A stretch of DNA of 6,056 nucleotides from a virus, in UHGV virus genome UHGV-0385605. The stretch is one strand, 5' to 3'. A program made the position numbers and the translations under genes. Below, piece by piece: positions 1-4,305 of the stretch. Every line of letters starts with the position of its first letter. Position 1 is the first letter of the stretch. Under the pieces are notes generated by a model. That model made no database searches. It saw only the letters and a program-made list of their open reading frames with translations, and was not told the origin of the DNA.

Positions 1-9
1 CTCGAAGTA

Positions 10-414
10 ATGGAAAAATCAGCTACAGAAAATACAGAACTACCAGCTTTTAACGCTGAAATAAACAAAGTAGTAGATGTATTATTCCCTATCGATAATG
101 TAACACATAACCCTACAAGTGCTGTAAACACTTTAATCTCTCCTACAGCTAGTCAGCTAGATAAAGAGAAATATGCTAGTATGATGCAAAAAGTACCTAC
201 AGACAGAAGTAACAAAGGCTTAGACGATGAAACAATTATGGCTACAACACCAAGTAGAAAAAACCAAACTTTAACAGATATGGATAAATACGCTAGTGCA
301 GTAGCTAGTTACGCAGAATTAACCGGTATGCAGAATGGAAAAGAAACAACCCCAGCTAATACAGAACCTAGTACAAATGTATCGGCAGAACCTGCAACAA
401 GTTCAGCAGAATAA
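10..414 (+). CDS. Hypothetical acidic, Thr/Ser/Ala/Glu-rich low-complexity protein with an internal DKxKYAS duplication. Possibly a scaffolding-like or virion-associated protein. May be the C-terminal part of a 152-aa protein whose start is at 6012 if the genome is circular.
   Basis: ORF from the six-frame track. The reading frame is open from base 1 (ctc gaa gta ATG) with no upstream stop. It uses the same + strand as all the other genes. Two similar motifs are present: gataaagagaaatatgctagt at 160-180 and gatatggataaatacgctagt at 277-297. No recognisable catalytic motif. Confidence 0.5.
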   Translation: MEKSATENTELPAFNAEINKVVDVLFPIDNVTHNPTSAVNTLISPTASQLDKEKYASMMQKVPTDRSNKGLDDETIMATTPSRKNQTLTDMDKYASAVASYAELTGMQNGKETTPANTEPSTNVSAEPATSSAE

Positions 415-429
415 ACAACAATTGAGTAA

Positions 430-453
430 GGGAGAAACCTCCCCTACTCTTTT
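430..453 (+). other. Short GC stem-loop (GGGAG-aaac-CTCCC) followed by a T-rich tract, between the acidic ORF and VP2
   Basis: Read directly: gggag 430-434 pairs with ctccc 439-443, with loop aaac. It is followed by tactctttt. It could be a weak intrinsic terminator/attenuator or an RNA processing or stability element. The AAGGGAG sequence is too far (33 nt) from the VP2 ATG to act as a ribosome-binding site, and an in-frame TAA at 453-455 forbids an earlier start. Confidence 0.25.
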
Positions 454-467
454 AAACTTTAATAGCT

Positions 468-1679
468 ATGATAGTACAAAATGTAATAAGTAATAAATTA
501 GGCTTATCGCCTTTAATTACTAAACAAAAAAATATTGCCCCCGCAGTAGGTGCAGCTTTAGTTAGTGCAGCCGGTTCTCTTTTCGGTGGTGCTGTAAACT
601 CTGGTAATAGTTGGGCAAAACAACAACGCCAAAACGATTGGAATGTAAAAGTACAAGATTATTTCTTGAAAAAACAACAAGACTATAACGATAAAATAAA
701 TCAACAGAATTTCGATTGGCAAGACGAATCTAATGTAAGAGCAAGAATAGAGAAAGCAGGATATAACCCCTATCTTTACAACGGACAAGCAAGCTCACAA
801 AGTGTAGCAAGCAATTCGGCAGGTAGTCCTCCTAGTGAAAATATGCCTAGTGGATATGATAACTCGCTTGGTCAAGGTATAGCGAATATGGGTAACTCTT
901 TCGCTCAAGTTTTAGGAGCGATGCAAGATTACAGAAATAAAGACCAAGAATATAAAAGAAATGCTTTGGCAGATGCTTATATGAATGAACAAACTGGAGG
1001 TAATGGAGGTGTTTTAGGTGCAACAAGTTTTGCACAATATAAGCAGGCAAATGCTGTAGCTAATATGAATGATGCTAATAGATTTCATCAAGAAATGATG
1101 AATAAAATAGACCAAATGCAATATATTGACAAAAACGGAGTACCACAGACTAACCCAGACGGAACGCCAATGACATTAGCACAGGCAAATGGATTAGGAA
1201 TGTCTCGACAATCAATGGTTAATGTAGAAAAAGCAGTAAAGGAAATTTCATTACTAGCAAGTCAAGGAAAATCTATAGATCTTGATAATATTGTAAAAAA
1301 ATGGAAGTTAGATAATGGTTATCACGTTCAAGAATTAAACCTTTTAAAAACACAAGTTAGACAGCTTCAGTCACAGATATTTCTTAATAATGCAAATACA
1401 TTCTTAGCTTATCAAACGGCTAAAACTCAACAATTTACGCAAGATAATTTATTCGCTAATACTCAATACATTAACGCCCAAAGGAATGGATATAACTCTA
1501 TGTTACCTCTACAACGTGGATTAATACAATCACAAATACAAGGTAATAATTTGAATAACTTATATAATCATGGTGTTCTGAATTCTAGAATTAATTACGA
1601 AAACTTTAATAACCAAACTTTTGGCTGGCTGTCTCCACAGACAATTATGCCAATATTTGGCGGTTTATTTAAAAAATAA
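468..1679 (+). CDS. VP2: Microviridae minor capsid / DNA pilot protein (VP2 / H-like)
   Basis: 403-aa ORF. The N-terminal segment is Gly/Ala-rich and hydrophobic (APAVGAALVSAAGSLFGGAVNSGNS). It is followed by a long Gln/Asn/Ala-rich, predicted coiled or low-complexity body and a C-terminal IFGGLFKK. This architecture and size are typical of microvirus pilot proteins. The position between the small acidic ORF and the large intergenic region fits the VP1-X-VP2-VP4 order. There is no Shine-Dalgarno sequence, as for all genes here. Confidence 0.65.
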   Translation: MIVQNVISNKLGLSPLITKQKNIAPAVGAALVSAAGSLFGGAVNSGNSWAKQQRQNDWNVKVQDYFLKKQQDYNDKINQQNFDWQDESNVRARIEKAGYNPYLYNGQASSQSVASNSAGSPPSENMPSGYDNSLGQGIANMGNSFAQVLGAMQDYRNKDQEYKRNALADAYMNEQTGGNGGVLGATSFAQYKQANAVANMNDANRFHQEMMNKIDQMQYIDKNGVPQTNPDGTPMTLAQANGLGMSRQSMVNVEKAVKEISLLASQGKSIDLDNIVKKWKLDNGYHVQELNLLKTQVRQLQSQIFLNNANTFLAYQTAKTQQFTQDNLFANTQYINAQRNGYNSMLPLQRGLIQSQIQGNNLNNLYNHGVLNSRINYENFNNQTFGWLSPQTIMPIFGGLFKK

Positions 1680-1811
1680 AGAAATAAAATATTAAAGCAA
1701 AGACTATTCTAATAGCTATCATTACAGCTATAATAGTTAATATCAATCTTAATATATTACTATATTCATTATCATTCTTCATATCTTTATATTTTAATTT
1801 ATTGTATAAAC

Positions 1812-1832
1812 ATTTGTAATTTATTTACAAAT
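1812..1832. repeat. AT-only inverted repeat / hairpin (ATTTGTAA-tttat-TTACAAAT) in the AT-rich part of the intergenic region
   Basis: Read directly. The 8-bp arms at 1812-1819 and 1825-1832 are perfectly complementary with a 5-nt loop. It sits within a roughly 200-nt stretch (1680-1885) that is almost entirely A/T. Confidence 0.5.
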
Positions 1833-1889
1833 ATAAGATATTAACTTGTCTTACATCTATGTAAATTTAATTATTTATGCTTTATTAAC

Positions 1890-2170
1890 TCTGCGCTGTG
1901 AAGCGTGGAGTTATTTTATTTTTGGGGGTATAGGGGGCATTTTTAATGCCTCCCATAGCGTCTAGCACTACAAAGCGTCAGCGGTTAAGGCGCTAGGGCT
2001 TGCCCTCGTATGACGAAATGAGCGAATGCGACATGTAGGAATTAAAGCGCCCCTTATACGTCAAAAAAAGGCTTTTTAAAGCCGTAAAAATGAAAAAACC
2101 TCCGCTTTTTTCCCTACTTTCTTGTTTTAAGTAGGGAAAACTGACACCACGCTAAATGCGTGGGCAGTTT
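1890..2170. other. GC-rich, hairpin-dense non-coding island inside the large intergenic region. Candidate complementary-strand (minus) origin and/or structured RNA.
   Basis: This block has roughly 50% GC, against AT-rich flanks. Several stem-loops can be read directly:
- GGGGGCAT-tttta-ATGCCTCCC (1933-1954)
- AGGG-cttg-CCCT (1996-2007)
- TGACG...CGTCA (2010-2014 / 2059-2063)
- GGCTT-ttta-AAGCC (2070-2083)
- GAAAAAA-cctccgc-TTTTTTC (2092-2112)
- CCCTACTT-tcttgtttt-AAGTAGGG (2112-2136)
- CTG..CCACGC-taaat-GCGTGG..CAG (2141-2167)
No ORF of 60 aa or more falls in any frame. Confidence 0.55.
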
Positions 2171-2171
2171 T
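2141..2171 (+). terminator. Candidate intrinsic terminator closing the circular transcription unit (GC stem CCACGC/GCGTGG plus outer CTG/CAG, then TTTT)
   Basis: The stem-loop at 2147-2163 is followed by gcag and TTTT at 2168-2171. It is preceded by two further perfect hairpins at 2092-2136. It lies downstream of VP2 and upstream of the Rep promoter, which is where a terminator would be expected for a single-strand, single-direction genome. Confidence 0.35.
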
Positions 2172-2235
2172 CATCAACAAATCAAAAAAACCAAGGTTTA
2201 AAGACTAAACTATTACTAAATAAATATAAACTTTA

Positions 2236-2260
2236 ATTAACGTTAATCATACTGTTAATT
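2236..2260. promoter_or_regulatory. 12-bp perfect palindrome ATTAACGTTAAT with a second GTTAATT half-site 6 nt downstream. Candidate operator or protein-binding site just upstream of the promoter.
   Basis: Read directly. 2236-2247 is its own reverse complement. GTTAAT recurs at 2254-2259. Both lie immediately 5' of the putative -33/-7 promoter elements. Confidence 0.3.
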
Positions 2261-2262
2261 AT

Positions 2263-2293
2263 ATTGCAGTTCAGAACAAAAAACCTATATTTG
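2263..2293 (+). promoter_or_regulatory. Bacteroidetes-type (sigma-AB-like) promoter with a -33 TTG at 2264-2266 and a -7 TATATTTG at 2286-2293
   Basis: The sequence contains attG followed 19 nt later by TAtaTTTG. This matches the published Bacteroides consensus of TTTG at -33 and TAnnTTTG at -7 with a 19-21 nt spacer. It sits directly upstream of the small ORF / Rep gene. No other TAnnTTTG was found in front of any other gene in the window, consistent with one polycistronic transcript. Confidence 0.4.
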
Positions 2294-2297
2294 TGGC

Positions 2298-2480
2298 ATG
2301 AACTTTGATATAGTCGATAATTTCAATGAAACAAGCCCTTATATACTTACTTGTGGTGATTGTTCTTGGTGTGTACTTAATTTTAGTAGCAGTGGACACC
2401 TTACCGGCTTTATATGTTCTAATCATCCTAGCCACCCTGAGGTGAAATTAACAGATAAATGCCACTTACTCTATGAATAA
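2298..2480 (+). CDS. Small Cys/His-rich hypothetical ORF (60 aa) with a CxxCxxC signature, overlapping the Rep start by 8 nt. Coding status uncertain.
   Basis: ORF from the six-frame track. It contains CGDCSWC ... C ... H ... HPSHPE ... CH, which is a possible zinc-ribbon-like motif. Its stop overlaps the Rep ATG (ATGAATAA), suggesting translational coupling. The predicted transcription start falls at its ATG, which would make it leaderless. The putative origin-like motif also overlaps its 5' end, so it may be non-coding. Confidence 0.25.
   Translation: MNFDIVDNFNETSPYILTCGDCSWCVLNFSSSGHLTGFICSNHPSHPEVKLTDKCHLLYE
2301..2330 (+). promoter_or_regulatory. Candidate plus-strand replication origin (Rep nick site), phiX174-ori-like AACTTTGATAT followed by an AT-rich spacer
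   Basis: The phiX174 origin begins CAACTTG^ATATTAATAAC, where gene A protein nicks between G and A. Here 2301-2311 reads AACTTTGATAT, a 10/11 match with one inserted T. It is followed by agtcgataatttcaatg. In phiX the origin lies within or next to gene A, and here the motif lies just 5' of the Rep gene. This call is inference from motif similarity only. Confidence 0.3.
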
Positions 2481-4263
2481 TTTAACCGATAAACAATCGT
2501 TTTCAGACAAAGAATTTCAAATAAGTCCCAATCTATTTGGATGTTTAAAACCTAGTATTATTTATAACAAAAATACTGGGCACTACGAAAGTGTACCTTG
2601 TAAAAAATGTGTTTATTGTCTAAATGTAGAAGCTAGTAGACAATCTTCAAGAGTAAAAAAAGAAATTCAACAACATATATATAGTGTATTTTTTACACTT
2701 ACATATAATAACGAATTTATACCACGTATGGAAATGTTTAAAGACAAACACGGAAAAACTCAATTTAAACATATAGGTAGAACTGCAAATATGCACGATT
2801 CTACACCATACAACTCTAAAGGCTTAGACCATCGTTATCGATATTCAGACAATGTAGAAATACCTGAAATTGAGAAGAACGAACAAATAACAAAAAAACA
2901 TGTACAATTCGGTGTTGTCTGTAAAAAAGACATACAGAATTTTCTCAAGCGTTTACGCAAAAAAATCGATAAATTAAATCTTTCAGATAATGACAAAAAA
3001 ATTCGTTACTACATCGCATCAGAGTATGGACCAATTACCAAACGTCCGCACTACCATGGTATCATCTTCTTTGATTCCAAACAACTCGGCTCTCAGATTA
3101 AAAATCTCATCGTTGAATCATGGGGTATTTTCGAAAAAGAATCCGGTAAATTTAATAAGTATAAGTTTACACCATTTGCGGATACTTTTCGTACCCTCGA
3201 ACACATCAAAATATGTGATCCCAACACAGCAAAATATGTTGCTGAATATGTTGCAAGTAATATGGGTTTACCAAAAATGTTACAAGAACGCTGTTCAAAG
3301 CCGTTCCATTTACAATCTAAAAACCCTGTTATCGGTGAATTCAAAGCTAGCAGGAAAGAAGTTTTCGAACTTATCGACTCAGGAATTATCAGACAAAATC
3401 GCACAATATTTACAAAAGATGGAGTTGAAACAAAAGCTTATCTTCGCATATCCCAAGATTCATTATCTTCCGTTTTCCGCAAGTGTTACCGATTTAGTGA
3501 GTTATCTAATGATTCAAAATATAATACTTATAACTTCTATTCTAAATACATCAGAGAATGGAAAGAATATATAAATACTAAACTTATAAATTATGCTATT
3601 AAAAATAATATTAGCTTTGATAGAGTTAATCTCTCTTTTTATCTTCGAAAAAATCGTTCAGATTATTTCCGTTGTTGGTGCTCTATTAACAAAAGTGAGG
3701 AGTATAATAGACTTGAAATGGACAAAGACCAGAATTGGTATAGTTCTAAAAATGTTTATAAACTATCTCAAGAACTTGACATTATTCGATATAGTTACTT
3801 CGGTGATTTTACTCGTGCTTATCTTATTGTTTTTGATAGGTATTTATATCTATATGAACAAGATAGACTACGTGAGTTCTATAATAACTTTAATAACTTA
3901 ATTGATGAAGTTGGATATTATCCCGCAGAACTAGAAGTATTCCCAGTACTTAAGTATGCAATACCAAAGGTAAAAAAATATACACCTCATGGTGTTAACT
4001 TGTCTTTTGATACAGATAATGCAAAAGAAGAACGTTTAAGGCCTTATATAAATTATATCTTTAATACATCTTTTCAGTATTGGGTAACCCCTTACAATGA
4101 GTTTGGAAGTTTCGACCACAAAAAATATGGTGAAGAATATTCCGCAAGAAATACAAAAGTATTTCAACAATACATGGAAGAACAGAAAAATAGACTAGAC
4201 AAACGAAACAAGTCAAAAAAATTCAACAATATTAGAATAAATAATAATCGTGTTATGGATTAA
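2473..4263 (+). CDS. VP4: Rolling-circle replication initiator protein (HUH endonuclease, Microviridae VP4 / gpA-like). It has a large C-terminal extension of about 300 aa of unknown function.
   Basis: The three canonical rolling-circle replication (RCR) motifs are in the correct order and spacing. Motif I is FFTLTY (nt 2689-2706). Motif II is HYHGIIFF (nt 3049-3072). Motif III is AKYVAEYVASNMG with two catalytic Tyr four residues apart (Y255 at 3235-3237 and Y259 at 3247-3249), matching the phiX YVAKYV arrangement. There is an N-terminal Cys cluster (C24, C43-x2-C46-x2-C49). The protein is 596 aa. Confidence 0.9.
   Translation: MNNLTDKQSFSDKEFQISPNLFGCLKPSIIYNKNTGHYESVPCKKCVYCLNVEASRQSSRVKKEIQQHIYSVFFTLTYNNEFIPRMEMFKDKHGKTQFKHIGRTANMHDSTPYNSKGLDHRYRYSDNVEIPEIEKNEQITKKHVQFGVVCKKDIQNFLKRLRKKIDKLNLSDNDKKIRYYIASEYGPITKRPHYHGIIFFDSKQLGSQIKNLIVESWGIFEKESGKFNKYKFTPFADTFRTLEHIKICDPNTAKYVAEYVASNMGLPKMLQERCSKPFHLQSKNPVIGEFKASRKEVFELIDSGIIRQNRTIFTKDGVETKAYLRISQDSLSSVFRKCYRFSELSNDSKYNTYNFYSKYIREWKEYINTKLINYAIKNNISFDRVNLSFYLRKNRSDYFRCWCSINKSEEYNRLEMDKDQNWYSSKNVYKLSQELDIIRYSYFGDFTRAYLIVFDRYLYLYEQDRLREFYNNFNNLIDEVGYYPAELEVFPVLKYAIPKVKKYTPHGVNLSFDTDNAKEERLRPYINYIFNTSFQYWVTPYNEFGSFDHKKYGEEYSARNTKVFQQYMEEQKNRLDKRNKSKKFNNIRINNNRVMD
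2990..3574 (+). CDS. Candidate overlapping gene (194 aa, basic, Ser/Leu/Asn-rich) embedded in the +1 frame of Rep. Status unproven.
   Basis: A 585-nt open frame inside an AT-rich gene. The chance of about 194 stop-free codons in an alternate frame at this composition is very low (roughly 1e-6 per start under a crude random model). Microviridae are known for embedded genes, for example phiX B and K within A. No protein motif was recognised. Confidence 0.2.
   Translation: MTKKFVTTSHQSMDQLPNVRTTMVSSSLIPNNSALRLKISSLNHGVFSKKNPVNLISISLHHLRILFVPSNTSKYVIPTQQNMLLNMLQVIWVYQKCYKNAVQSRSIYNLKTLLSVNSKLAGKKFSNLSTQELSDKIAQYLQKMELKQKLIFAYPKIHYLPFSASVTDLVSYLMIQNIILITSILNTSENGKNI
3593..3901 (+). CDS. Candidate embedded membrane protein (102 aa, 2-3 predicted TM helices) in the +1 frame of Rep. 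Possible phiX-E-like single-gene lysis protein. Status unproven.
   Basis: The translation is MLLKIILALIELISLFIF...LFDIVTSVILLVLILLFLIGIYIYM, which is strongly hydrophobic with helical TM-like segments. It is in the same +1 frame as ORF 2990..3574 and separated from it by a single stop. The precedent is phiX174 E, which lies in the +1 frame of D. Caveat: +1 frames of AT-rich genes are intrinsically T-rich at codon position 2 and look hydrophobic by artefact. Confidence 0.25.
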   Translation: MLLKIILALIELISLFIFEKIVQIISVVGALLTKVRSIIDLKWTKTRIGIVLKMFINYLKNLTLFDIVTSVILLVLILLFLIGIYIYMNKIDYVSSIITLIT

Positions 4264-4305
4264 TTCTATAACATACATGTATAATAATTTAAAAATCAAT
4301 TAATT

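Noticed and set aside
428-434. Strong Shine-Dalgarno-like AAGGGAG upstream of VP2
   Set aside because: It lies 33 nt from the VP2 ATG, and an in-frame TAA at 453-455 excludes an earlier start. It is more plausibly the 5' arm of the GGGAG/CTCCC hairpin.
558-1050. Two minus-strand ORFs (558..788 and 847..1050) antisense to VP2, encoding hydrophobic peptides
   Set aside because: Every confident gene is on the + strand, as expected for a packaged-strand microvirus. Antisense frames of AT-rich coding DNA are T-rich at codon position 2 and routinely give spurious hydrophobic ORFs. No promoter or conserved motif was seen.
1924-1937. G-quadruplex potential from GGGGGTATAGGGGG
   Set aside because: Only two G-runs are present. 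A canonical intramolecular G4 needs four. It more likely forms the 5' arm of the GGGGGCAT/ATGCCTCCC hairpin.
1947-1997. Tiny ORF in the GC island (MPPIASSTTKRQRLRR)
   Set aside because: Only 16 codons, no start context, and embedded in a region whose sequence is better explained by nucleic-acid secondary structure.
1890-2170. Possible tRNA or tmRNA-like gene in the GC-rich island
   Set aside because: I could not build a cloverleaf. There is no GTTCRANYC T-loop box and no D-loop with properly placed GG. The stem-loops do not have tRNA arm lengths. A tRNAscan/Infernal run would settle it.
1890-2170. Solitary CRISPR repeat or mini-array (phage-borne anti-CRISPR repeat mimic)
   Set aside because: No direct repeats of 24-40 nt separated by spacer-sized intervals. 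The only duplication is the short AGCGTC(T/A)AGC element. No similarity to the Cas12a, Cas13b or II-C repeat ends that I can recall.
3093-3404. Minus-strand 103-aa ORF antisense to the Rep catalytic region
   Set aside because: Same reasoning: antisense to an essential, motif-bearing part of Rep, no start context, and it would require transcription of the non-packaged-sense strand.
4280-4285. Sigma70-like TATAAT boxes (4280-4285 upstream of VP1, and 5967-5972 after VP1)
   Set aside because: No acceptable -35 at 16-18 bp spacing. TATAAT arises trivially from TAA stop clusters in AT-rich DNA. The genome otherwise shows Bacteroidetes-type signals.
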